Shown here: positions 7,782-16,362 of the stretch, one piece after another
How positions within the stretch are numbered: the first letter of the stretch is position 1
Layout: every line of letters starts with the position of its first letter
NCBI GenBank assembly: GCA_038060295.1
Contig: JBBTHR010000011.1
Span: 6,610 to 70,609 of the forward strand
From: Candidatus Eiseniibacteriota bacterium
Lineage (GTDB): Bacteria; Eisenbacteria; RBG-16-71-46; SZUA-252
Length of the DNA: 64,000 nucleotides
Direction: 5' to 3'
The notes under the pieces: model-generated
Databases searched by the model: none
What the model saw: the letters and a program-made list of their open reading frames with translations, nothing else
Told to the model about the DNA's origin: nothing
Program-made: the position numbers and the translations under genes

Positions 7782-9167
7782 ATGATTCTCCGTAGGAATA
7801 TCCGCTGGACGACCCTGGCGCTGATCGTGGCGATCGCGCTGGGGGGCTCGTCAGCCCGCGCGCGGGAGGCAGGCGCGCTTGCGGACTCACTGGCGCACGG
7901 AGGGATGGCCGCGGCGCATGCCATGTCGCCGGGCGGAGCCCTATCGCTCGAGGAGGCGCTCCTCGACGTGGCTGCCGCGAATCCCTCGCTACAAGCGAGG
8001 CGCGCCATGGTCACCGCGGCTCTGCGGCGCGTGCCGCCCTCGGGGGCGTGGGAGCAGCCGATGCTCGAACTGGGTGCCGTGAACGTCCCCCTCTCCGGAA
8101 AGTTCAACGACGACGAGATGACCATGAAGATGGTCGGCCTCGTCCAGCGCGTTCCCCTCTTCGGGAAGAACGGCTTGCGGCGACGCGCCGCCGACCAGGA
8201 GGCCGAGGCCGAGGGGGCGGCGGCGACGCGCTCCCACTACGAGATCTTCGGCGCCGCCATCGAAGCGTATGCAGAGTCGTACTTCGGGCTGGAGCGCGCG
8301 CGGGCCGCGGGACGGCACCGCGGCGTCATGGACCGCCTGGTCGAATCGGCGCGAGCCCGGTATCGCTCCGGAAACGGACGTCTCGAAGACGCGCTGCGCG
8401 CCGAGGCGGAGCGCGCGCGGGTTCACGCGGACGCGATTTCCTTCGCCGCCGGCACGGCGAGGTCACTGGCGCGACTCGATGCGCTCCGGGGACGGGACCC
8501 CTCGCCCGACGCTCGCGATCTCCAGGCCCTCCCCTCGTTCGCGGTGCCGGCCGATCCCTCCGGCTGGCTGGCCGCCGCGCGCGACGGTCATCCCCGGCTC
8601 CTGGAAGCGGAGGCGCGCGAGCGCCGCTACGCCTTCTCGGCGCGCGCGGCGCGGCGGATGGTCTGGCCCGACCTGGAAGTCCGTGCTTCCTACGGCGTAC
8701 GCGGGAAGGATCGTTTCGGAATGGCGCTCGAGGACATGTTCACGGCGACCGTGGGGTTCATGGTTCCGATCTTCGCGAAATCGCGCGAATACGCCATGGG
8801 TGCCGAGATGGACGCGATGGCGCGCGGCGCGGCCGCGGAACGCCGCGAGGCGGAACTCGACCTCTCTCGCGAAGCGATGTCGCTCCATGCCGAGGCGAGT
8901 GCGGCCTCGCGCATGGTCTCGCTCCTGGCCGACACGGTGGTCGTCGTGCAGCGCCGCGCCGTGGAAGCGGGCTGGAGCGGCTACGCAGCCGGGGGTTCCG
9001 ACCTCTGGCGCGTGTTCGAATTGAGTCACTCCCTCTACAGCGAAGAACTGCAGCTCCTCGACGCGCAAGAAGGGCTCGCCGTGACGCAGGCGCGCCTGGT
9101 GTCACTGACCGGACGCGGGGACCTCGCCGGAGTCGAGTTGCCAGCCATCCGGAAGGAGGAACGATGA
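7782..9167 (+). CDS. cusC: outer-membrane efflux factor (TolC/CusC/CzcC family)
   Basis: ORF 7545..9167 trimmed to ATG 7782, which is preceded by GGAAGAGGAGAGG. Signal peptide is MILRRNIRWTTLALIVAIALGGSSARA. It has OEP-type coiled repeats, and its stop overlaps the next start (ATGA at 9164). Confidence 0.8.
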   Translation: MILRRNIRWTTLALIVAIALGGSSARAREAGALADSLAHGGMAAAHAMSPGGALSLEEALLDVAAANPSLQARRAMVTAALRRVPPSGAWEQPMLELGAVNVPLSGKFNDDEMTMKMVGLVQRVPLFGKNGLRRRAADQEAEAEGAAATRSHYEIFGAAIEAYAESYFGLERARAAGRHRGVMDRLVESARARYRSGNGRLEDALRAEAERARVHADAISFAAGTARSLARLDALRGRDPSPDARDLQALPSFAVPADPSGWLAAARDGHPRLLEAEARERRYAFSARAARRMVWPDLEVRASYGVRGKDRFGMALEDMFTATVGFMVPIFAKSREYAMGAEMDAMARGAAAERREAELDLSREAMSLHAEASAASRMVSLLADTVVVVQRRAVEAGWSGYAAGGSDLWRVFELSHSLYSEELQLLDAQEGLAVTQARLVSLTGRGDLAGVELPAIRKEER

Positions 9168-10513
9168 CGACCCAGCACGAACCGCCGCCCGCGGGCGCCG
9201 GTTTCATGAACGCCTTCCGGTGGGTTCTCTTCGCCGGGCTCCTGCTCTTGGCCGTGGCGGGAATCACCGCGTACGTCCTGAGCCTCGGAGCGAAGGGCGG
9301 CGTCGAAGCGACGTCGAAGTCGGCCCGCTACCGCTGCCCCATGCACCCGAGCTACACGTCGGACCGACCCGGGGAATGCCCCATCTGCAGCATGACGCTG
9401 GAGCCGATTCCACAAGAATCCGCCGATCCGAACGCTGCCCTCGGCGGAGCGCCGGCCTCCGAAGGAAACGTGCCGGGGTTGGCCGCGGTCCAGATCTCGC
9501 CTGAGCGGATTCAACTGATCGGGGTGAGAACCGCCCGGGTCGCGCGACGCGCCATCGGAAGCCGTCTCGATCTGGTCGGATTCGTCGCGCCCGACGAGAG
9601 GAGCCTGCGCCGCGTTCGAATCCGCGTCTCCGGGTGGGTGCGGAAGCTGAACGTGAATCAGACCGGGGAATGGGTCCGAGCCGGACAGCCGCTCCTCACG
9701 ATCTATAGCCCCGAGCTCTACCAGAGCGAGCAGGAGTACCTGATCGAGCGGGGCGGACTGACGGACGGCTCGAAGGGCGACCACGAGGTGGGCGCTGTCC
9801 AAGCGGGACGCGAGCGGCTCCGTCTCCTCGGCGTCCCCGACGAGGAGATCGCGCGGCTCGATCGCGAAGGAACGGCCAGCACGGAGATCGTCCTCCCCGC
9901 GCCCGTGACCGGGACGGTGCTCGAGCGGAACGTGACCGAGGGCGATTACGTCGGCGCCGATACGCCGCTTCTCACGATCGCCGATCTCTCCCGCGTCTGG
10001 GTCCTCGTGGACCTCTACGAAATGGACTACGGCCAGGTGCGACTGGACGACCGGGCGGAATTCCGCGTCGACGCCATTCCTGAGCGGAGTTTCGAGGGGC
10101 GCGTGGAATTCATCTACCCGACCGTCTCGAGCGACACTCGGACGCTGAAGCTCCGACTCTCGCTCTCGAATCCCAACGGTGCGCTCCGCCCGGGAATGTT
10201 CGGCCGGGCCATCGTCCACGCGGGAACGCGCCCGGTGCTCGTCGTCCCGGCCGAAGCGGTCGTGAACGCGGGTGAGCACAATTACGCGTTCCTGGCGCGC
10301 GCCGGTGGGCGGTTCGAGCCGCGGATGATCGACGTCGGTCGCGGCGACGGCGATTGGGTCCCCGTTCTCCGAGGCCTCGCGGAAGGGGACACCGTCGTTG
10401 CGAGCGCCTCGTTCCTGATCGATTCCGAAAGCCGTCTTCGTGCGGCGATTACCGGAATGGGCCGAACCGCGGGCGCGGCCGCCGGCGGCCACGAGCACGG
10501 AGGTACGCCGTGA
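9164..10513 (+). CDS. cusB: RND efflux periplasmic adaptor (CusB-like) with an N-terminal heavy-metal-binding domain
   Basis: ORF 8048..10513 trimmed to ATG 9164. TM anchor is 'FRWVLFAGLLLLAVAGITAYVL' and the HMBD motif is 'YRCPMHPSYTSDRPGECPICSMTLEPI'. The membrane-fusion region includes 'VRAGQPLLTIYSPELYQSEQEYL'. The stop overlaps the cusA GTG start. Confidence 0.85.
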   Translation: MTTQHEPPPAGAGFMNAFRWVLFAGLLLLAVAGITAYVLSLGAKGGVEATSKSARYRCPMHPSYTSDRPGECPICSMTLEPIPQESADPNAALGGAPASEGNVPGLAAVQISPERIQLIGVRTARVARRAIGSRLDLVGFVAPDERSLRRVRIRVSGWVRKLNVNQTGEWVRAGQPLLTIYSPELYQSEQEYLIERGGLTDGSKGDHEVGAVQAGRERLRLLGVPDEEIARLDREGTASTEIVLPAPVTGTVLERNVTEGDYVGADTPLLTIADLSRVWVLVDLYEMDYGQVRLDDRAEFRVDAIPERSFEGRVEFIYPTVSSDTRTLKLRLSLSNPNGALRPGMFGRAIVHAGTRPVLVVPAEAVVNAGEHNYAFLARAGGRFEPRMIDVGRGDGDWVPVLRGLAEGDTVVASASFLIDSESRLRAAITGMGRTAGAAAGGHEHGGTP

Positions 10514-13500
10514 TCGGCAGAATCATCGAATATTGCGCGACGCACCGAACGCTCGTATTCATCGCGACGGCGTTCCTAGTCGTCGGTTCGTTCCTCGCCA
10601 TTCGGCAGGTTCCGCTCGACGCCATCCCGGATCTCTCGGATCCCCAGGTGATCGTCTTCACCGAGTGGATGGGCCGGAGTCCCGACCTGGTCGAAGACCA
10701 GATCACCTACCCGATCGTCTCCTCGCTGCTCGGCGCTCCGCATGTGCAAGCCGTGCGTGGCCAATCGATGTTCGGGATGAGCTTCATCTACGTGATCTTC
10801 AAGGAGGGGACCGACCTCTACTGGGCGCGAAGTCGCGTCCTGGAGTACATGGCCACGATCCGGGAGAGGCTACCTCAGGGGGTGAACCCGATCCTCGGTC
10901 CCGACGCGTCATCGGTGGGCTGGGTCTTCCAGTACGCGTTGGTGGACAAGAGCGGGAACCACGACCTGGCCGAGCTCCGAACGTTTCAGGATTTCAACCT
11001 TCGGTACGCCCTTGCCAGCATTCCCGGCGTGGCCGAGGTCGCTTCGGTGGGCGGTTACGAGCGGCAATACCAAGTGGAGGTGAATCCCGATCGCCTCCAC
11101 GCGTACGGCTTCTCCCTGGCCGACGTGACGACGGCCATCCGCCGGAGCAACTCCGACGTGGGCGGACGCGTCATCGAAATGGCCGGGCGCGAGTACTTCG
11201 TCCGGGGGCGCGGCTACGTGAAAAGTCTCGACGATCTCCGGCAGATCGCGCTCGGCGCCGACGCCCGTTCGGGGACGCCAATCCGCGTCGGCGATGTCGG
11301 CACGGTCTCCTTCGGACCCGACATCCGACGGGGCGTGACGGAGCTGGACGGCGAGGGCGAAGCCGTCGGCGGTACCGTGGTCATGCGCTACGGCGAGAAC
11401 GCGCTCCGAGTCATCGACCGCGTCAAGCAGAAGGTCAAAGACCTCCAGAGCACGTTTCCCGAGGGCGTGGAACTTCGGATCGTCTACGACCGCTCCGATC
11501 TCATCCGCCACGCGATCGAAACGCTGCGGCACACACTGCTCGAGGAGGGGATCGTCGTCAGCCTGATCATCCTGGTGTTCCTCCTCCACCTGCGCAGCAC
11601 CCTGGTTCCCGTACTCGCGCTGCCGGTCGCCCTCGGGCTCTCGTTCGTTCCCATGTATTTTCTGGGCATCAACTCGAACATCATGAGCCTCGGCGGCCTC
11701 GCGATCGCGATCGGTGCCATGGTGGACGCGGCGATCGTCCTCGTCGAGAATGCCCACAAGCACCTGGAGGCCGCGCCGCCCGGCGCGGATCGTCAGCGCG
11801 TCCTGATCGACGCGGCGAAGGAGGTCGGGCCCCCGATCTTCTTCTCGCTCCTCATCATCACCGTGGCGTTTCTTCCGATCTTCGGCCTGAACGGGCAGGC
11901 GGGGCGGCTCTTCAAGCCACTCGCCTTCACGAAGACCTTCGCCATGGCGTTCGCGGCACTTGTCTCGATCACGCTCGTGCCCGCGCTCATGAGCGTCTTC
12001 ATCCGCGGGAAGATCCGCCACGAGAAGGACCATCCGGTTTCGCGCGCCATGATCGCGGTCTACAAGCCGTTCGCGTGGGTCGCGCTCAAGAACCCCAAGA
12101 CGACGATCGCCATCGGCCTGGCGGCGGTCCTCTCGGCGGCGCCGATGGCGCTTCGACTCGGGCACGAGTTCATGCCACCCCTCAACGAGGGGGACATGCT
12201 CTACATGCCGACCACGTTTCCGAACATCTCCATCGAGGAGGCGAAGCGGTATGTTCAAGTGCAGGACCGCCTGATACGCGAATTCCCCGAGGTGGAGCAC
12301 GTCTTCGGGAAAGCCGGACGCATGGAAACGCCAACGGACCCCGCCCCTCTCTCGATGGTCGAAACGGTCGTGAAACTGAAACCGCGGGAGGAGTGGCGCA
12401 CGATCACGGTGCCGCGCTGGTATTCGGCGTGGGCGCCCGCGTGGTCGAAGCCGCTCTTCCGGCCCATCTGGCCCGACAAGAGGCGGATCACGTGGCAGGA
12501 ATTGACCGAGGAGCTGAACCGCAAGGTCCAGATTCCCGGATGGACCAACGCCTGGACCATGCCGATCAAGACGCGGATCGACATGCTCTCGACCGGCATC
12601 CGCACGCCGATCGGCGTGAAGATCTTCGGCGCCGATCTCGATTCGATCGAGCGGGTCGGAATGGATTTGGAGCGGACGCTCTCCAAGGTTTCACACACGC
12701 GAAGCGTCTATTCCGATAGGAGCACGGGGGGGTTCTACCTGGACATTGTGCCCAACCGCGAGGCGCTGGCACGATACGGCTTGGTGCTGGGCGATGTGCA
12801 GGACGTGATCGAGGCGGCGGTGGGAGGCCAGCCGATCGGAGTGACGATCGAGGGCCGAAACCGTTTCACGATCAACGTGCGCTATCCGCGGGAACTGCGC
12901 CAGGACCTCGAGCGGCTCCGGCACGTGCTCGTTCCGCTGCCCGGAGGGGGCGCCGCGCGCCCTGCCACGCAGGGGATGGGAACGATGGGCGCCGCACCAC
13001 CACCGGTCGCTCCCGAGCCGATCCTCCTCGCCTCGGCGGCCATCTCGGACATGCCGCTCTACACCGCCGCGGGCGATCAATCCGGCGGAGGAACGGGAGG
13101 GATGACCGGCGGGCCTGGCGGAAGCGGCGAGGCCGGCCGTTCCGGCCAGGGGATGTCCAGCGGCATGGGAGCCGCCGGGGCGACCATGGGCGCTTCAGGC
13201 GGCAACCCGCTCCCGCCCGCGGGAGGGAGCCAGACCTCAGGGGCGATCTGGGCCCAGGGGGGCGGCCCCCACATCCCGCTGGGGCAGGTCGCGGACATTC
13301 GCGTCGTCACCGGGCCCCCGATGATCCGGGACGAGGCCGGAATGCTTGTCGGCTACGTCTACGTCGACATGGACGCCGCGAAGCAGGACATCGGCGGTTA
13401 CGTGGACCAGGCGAAACGCGCGGTCGAACGCGAGGTGCGCCTGCCCGCCGGCTACTCCCTGAAATGGACGGGGCAATACGAACTCCTCCAGTCGATGCAG

Positions 13501-14058
13501 GAGCGGATGCGGTTCCTGATTCCCCTCACGCTCGTAATCGTTCTCGTCCTCCTCTACATGAACTTCGGGAACATGGTCCAGGCGCTGATCGTCCTCTGCT
13601 CGGTTCCCTTCGCGCTCGTCGGCAGCGTCTGGTTGATGGCCGCGCTCGGCTACAACCTCTCGACCGCTGTCTGGGTCGGCATCATCGCGCTGGTGGGCCT
13701 CGCGGCCCAGACCGGCGTCGTCATGATCGTCTACTGCGATACCGCCTACTTCCGGCGGAAGAAGGAAGGCCGGATCCGCGACTTGGACGATATCGTCGAG
13801 GCGACGCTCGAGGGCTCGGTGCAACGTGTGCGGCCGAAACTGATGACGGTGGCGACGATGATGATCGGACTCGTGCCGCTCCTCTGGTCGCAAGGGGCCG
13901 GGGCGGACGTGATGAAGCGTGTCGCGGCGCCGATGGTGGGCGGGCTCTTCACGTCGGCGTTCCTGACCTTGGAGATCATTCCCGTGGTCTACACCTACTG
14001 GCGTTACGCGCAACTGCGTCGAGAGCAGCGCGAGGCGGCGAAGGGAGATCTTCCGTGA
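10510..14058 (+). CDS. cusA: heavy-metal efflux RND pump, CusA type, with a ~109-aa Met/Gly-rich insertion
   Basis: ORF 10354..14058 trimmed to GTG 10510 (VIGRIIEYCATHRTLVFIATAF...). There is strong CusA-like colinearity: 'DAIPDLSDPQVIVFTEW', 'WARSRVLEY' and 'GPDASSVGWVFQYALVDKSGNHDLAELR'. The contexts of the E. coli three-Met site are present ('DMLYMPTT', 'APLSMVETV', 'RIDMLSTG'); this alignment is from memory. The protein is 1182 aa versus ~1047 aa for E. coli CusA. Confidence 0.9.
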   Translation: MIGRIIEYCATHRTLVFIATAFLVVGSFLAIRQVPLDAIPDLSDPQVIVFTEWMGRSPDLVEDQITYPIVSSLLGAPHVQAVRGQSMFGMSFIYVIFKEGTDLYWARSRVLEYMATIRERLPQGVNPILGPDASSVGWVFQYALVDKSGNHDLAELRTFQDFNLRYALASIPGVAEVASVGGYERQYQVEVNPDRLHAYGFSLADVTTAIRRSNSDVGGRVIEMAGREYFVRGRGYVKSLDDLRQIALGADARSGTPIRVGDVGTVSFGPDIRRGVTELDGEGEAVGGTVVMRYGENALRVIDRVKQKVKDLQSTFPEGVELRIVYDRSDLIRHAIETLRHTLLEEGIVVSLIILVFLLHLRSTLVPVLALPVALGLSFVPMYFLGINSNIMSLGGLAIAIGAMVDAAIVLVENAHKHLEAAPPGADRQRVLIDAAKEVGPPIFFSLLIITVAFLPIFGLNGQAGRLFKPLAFTKTFAMAFAALVSITLVPALMSVFIRGKIRHEKDHPVSRAMIAVYKPFAWVALKNPKTTIAIGLAAVLSAAPMALRLGHEFMPPLNEGDMLYMPTTFPNISIEEAKRYVQVQDRLIREFPEVEHVFGKAGRMETPTDPAPLSMVETVVKLKPREEWRTITVPRWYSAWAPAWSKPLFRPIWPDKRRITWQELTEELNRKVQIPGWTNAWTMPIKTRIDMLSTGIRTPIGVKIFGADLDSIERVGMDLERTLSKVSHTRSVYSDRSTGGFYLDIVPNREALARYGLVLGDVQDVIEAAVGGQPIGVTIEGRNRFTINVRYPRELRQDLERLRHVLVPLPGGGAARPATQGMGTMGAAPPPVAPEPILLASAAISDMPLYTAAGDQSGGGTGGMTGGPGGSGEAGRSGQGMSSGMGAAGATMGASGGNPLPPAGGSQTSGAIWAQGGGPHIPLGQVADIRVVTGPPMIRDEAGMLVGYVYVDMDAAKQDIGGYVDQAKRAVEREVRLPAGYSLKWTGQYELLQSMQERMRFLIPLTLVIVLVLLYMNFGNMVQALIVLCSVPFALVGSVWLMAALGYNLSTAVWVGIIALVGLAAQTGVVMIVYCDTAYFRRKKEGRIRDLDDIVEATLEGSVQRVRPKLMTVATMMIGLVPLLWSQGAGADVMKRVAAPMVGGLFTSAFLTLEIIPVVYTYWRYAQLRREQREAAKGDLP

Positions 14059-14705
14059 ACCGTAGAGAACCGATTGGCGACGCCCACGGACCGGGGCGTC
14101 GCGTCGTGAGCCGCCTGGCCTCCGTTGCACGGATTGCACGAATCATTCCGGGGCTGCTCTTTGTAGGGGTTGCGCTCATTGGGCTCCCCTCCGGCCTTGC
14201 CCACGAGCGACACCGAAGCGTGAGCGAAAGTCGCTCGGACTCCATGAATGCCGAACCATCCGCGGAGCGAAGCAGGGCACCCGGGGCGCTGGAGGAGCCG
14301 TTCGCGATGCCGCCCATGGAGGACGCGCTCCTGCACCACCTTCACAATAAGGTCGTGCACCTGCCGATCGTGCTGGCTCCCGTGGCGCTGATGCTGCTTC
14401 TGATGGAGCGGAGGCGACCGGGCGCCGGAGCCGGGGCTCCGTGGTTGATCGCGGCGGCGGCACTGGCCGGCTGGATCGCGTTCTTCGCCGGGCGAGCGCA
14501 GGCCGGCGCCTTCGACGACGGGCCCAAGGAGTGGCTGGTGGGGATTCACGAGAATTGGGGCACTGCGGCGGCCATCGCGCTCTCGGCTTGGGCGGCGCTT
14601 GCGCTGTGGCCTCCAGCGAGACGGCGCCTCTGGCTCGCCGGTCTGGTCGCCACGGCGGTCGTATTCGCCGCGGCGTTTTACGGTGGTCTCGTGGCGCACG
14701 GGTAG
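14055..14705 (+). CDS. integral membrane protein, DUF2231-like
   Basis: ORF 13464..14705 with candidate start GTG 14055 overlapping the cusA stop (GTGA). Later Met codons are also possible starts. It contains 'LLHHLHNKVVHLPIVLAPVALMLLL' plus three further hydrophobic helices. Confidence 0.5.
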   Translation: MNRREPIGDAHGPGRRVVSRLASVARIARIIPGLLFVGVALIGLPSGLAHERHRSVSESRSDSMNAEPSAERSRAPGALEEPFAMPPMEDALLHHLHNKVVHLPIVLAPVALMLLLMERRRPGAGAGAPWLIAAAALAGWIAFFAGRAQAGAFDDGPKEWLVGIHENWGTAAAIALSAWAALALWPPARRRLWLAGLVATAVVFAAAFYGGLVAHG

Positions 14706-14781
14706 AGCGACGGCTGCCGTCGCACGAGCCGCCGGGCCGAACGGCCGTAGGCGCCCGGGCGGCGACAAGGAGGTACGGAAC

Positions 14782-15348
14782 ATGGAACCGAAACCGAAGG
14801 GTCAAGAGGATCGAACGACCGAGGAGCGGAAAGCCTGGGCGGCGCTGGTCGCGGCGGACCGGCGCGCCGCCTTCGGCCCGCTCTTTTTCATTCAGCATCT
14901 CCGCGGGCTCGTCCGTGACCAATGCCCCGACCCGGCGGATGGGATGCCCGGCGTTCGGCTCCACCTCGCCGACGGGGACACACTCGATCTCTGCCACATC
15001 GTTGGGATCTCACCGAACTGGATCGCGCTGGCGGTACGCGAGCCGGGGCGCGAGGAGGGCCCCATGGTCATGCGGACCGAGTTTGTTCCCTATCCCATGG
15101 TCACTCGCGTGGTGATTCGTACCGTGACGCGGGAGGCGAGCCACCACGTCGGATTCGACGTCGGCCGTGAGCCCGGCCTTTTCGAGGGGTCGCCAATCGA
15201 GGCCGCCATGACGCCGGAAGAAGCGGTAAGAGCGGTCGCCGGGGCTGCAGGCTCGGGCTCGGCGCCGGATCCGAATGCCGCCGAGCGGACAGACAATCCC
15301 CGGAGGCCATCGGGCCGTTTGGGGAGCACAAGGAGGGGACGAGAATGA
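14782..15348 (+). CDS. hypothetical protein (no signal peptide)
   Basis: ORF 14599..15348 trimmed to ATG 14782, which is preceded by AAGGAGG. It is co-oriented with the efflux locus, and its stop overlaps the next start (ATGA at 15345). I recognise no family. Confidence 0.5.
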   Translation: MEPKPKGQEDRTTEERKAWAALVAADRRAAFGPLFFIQHLRGLVRDQCPDPADGMPGVRLHLADGDTLDLCHIVGISPNWIALAVREPGREEGPMVMRTEFVPYPMVTRVVIRTVTREASHHVGFDVGREPGLFEGSPIEAAMTPEEAVRAVAGAAGSGSAPDPNAAERTDNPRRPSGRLGSTRRGRE

Positions 15349-15818
15349 TTCGCGCTTGGTTCTGCGCCATCGCGTTGGCCGCTGTCGTGGCCACCCCGAA
15401 CGCCGTACGCGCCCAATGCGGCATGGGGGAGATGATGGGGTCTGGGCATGATCATGGAGGCAAGGGAGCGCCCGGACGGACGACGAAGCACGATAAGTCG
15501 ATTCAGAAGATACTCATCAACAAGGAGGCCCGCGCCAGACTCTTCGAGATGATCGCGGAAGACGAGGTGCTCTTCCGAGAGTTCCTCGGGCGTGGCTTCG
15601 AGTCGGCTCGCGGCCGTCGAATCGGGACGGAGCTGTTGGGGCAGGCCCGACTCGAGGCGGAGCCCGAAGGCCGGACGGGCTCGGTGCCCCCGGATTCCGC
15701 TTCCGTGGTCGCGACCTACCGCTGCCCGATGCACCCGGACGTCGTATCGTCGTCCGCCGGATCGTGCCCGAAGTGCGGCATGAGGCTCGAACGGACCGAC
15801 GCTCCGTCCGATCCCTGA
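15345..15818 (+). CDS. secreted metal-binding protein with a C-terminal heavy-metal-binding domain (HMBD)
   Basis: Signal peptide is MIRAWFCAIALAAVVATPNAVRA. It has an N-terminal Met/His cluster 'QCGMGEMMGSGHDHGG' and a C-terminal 'YRCPMHPDVVSSSAGSCPKCGMRLE', the same motif as in CusB. Confidence 0.7.
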   Translation: MIRAWFCAIALAAVVATPNAVRAQCGMGEMMGSGHDHGGKGAPGRTTKHDKSIQKILINKEARARLFEMIAEDEVLFREFLGRGFESARGRRIGTELLGQARLEAEPEGRTGSVPPDSASVVATYRCPMHPDVVSSSAGSCPKCGMRLERTDAPSDP

Positions 15819-15914
15819 GATCACCGTAAAAGGGCCGCTCGCAACCGGTCCACCTACCCGCGGCACGCCCGGCTCCGAGAGGAGCGGGCTGCCGCCACGA
15901 GAAGGAGAGAATGA

Positions 15915-16268
15915 ATGAGTCGTCGGAATCGATTCGTAATCACAGCCACGGCGGGAGTTCTCATGCTGGCGGCGTTTGCCGCGGGATGCGGCGGCGGCGG
16001 CGTGAAGGAGCGTGTCACGGTCGAAGTGACGCAGGAAGGTTTCGTTCCGAAGGAGATCCAGGCGAAGGCGGGTCAGCCGATCACGCTCGTCGTGACGCGG
16101 AGGACTGACCTTACCTGCGCGAAGCAGATCGTCTTCGCGGACCTCGGCGTGGAGAAGGAACTGCCGATGAACGAGGCGGTCGAGGTGACGGTGACGCCGA
16201 CGAAGTCGGGGGAACTCCGCTTCGCGTGCGGCATGGACATGGTTTCGGGAAAGCTGATCGTGCAGTAG
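15915..16268 (+). CDS. cupredoxin-like domain lipoprotein
   Basis: RBS GAAGGAGAG lies at 15901-15909. Lipobox is 'LMLAAFAAGC'. The cupredoxin_1/EfeO-like fold pattern is 'GFVPKEIQAKAGQPITLVVTRRTD...CAKQIVFADLGVEKELP...GELRFACGMDMVSGKLIV'. Confidence 0.7.
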   Translation: MSRRNRFVITATAGVLMLAAFAAGCGGGGVKERVTVEVTQEGFVPKEIQAKAGQPITLVVTRRTDLTCAKQIVFADLGVEKELPMNEAVEVTVTPTKSGELRFACGMDMVSGKLIVQ

Positions 16269-16302
16269 GGGCTAGAGGTACTGCCAGTCGTATGCATGGC
16301 GC

Positions 16303-16340
16303 GGGGCGCGCTCGGAGAACCGGGCGCGCCCCTTCATGTT
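16303..16340. terminator. GC-rich hairpin between convergent cupredoxin and pntB genes (possible bidirectional terminator)
   Basis: GGGGCGCGC (16303-16311) pairs with GCGCGCCCC (16324-16332) around a 12-nt loop. On the plus strand it is followed by ttcatgttt, which is only a weak U-tract. Confidence 0.4.
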
Positions 16341-16362
16341 TCAATTGCTGGTGCAGTCTCCG

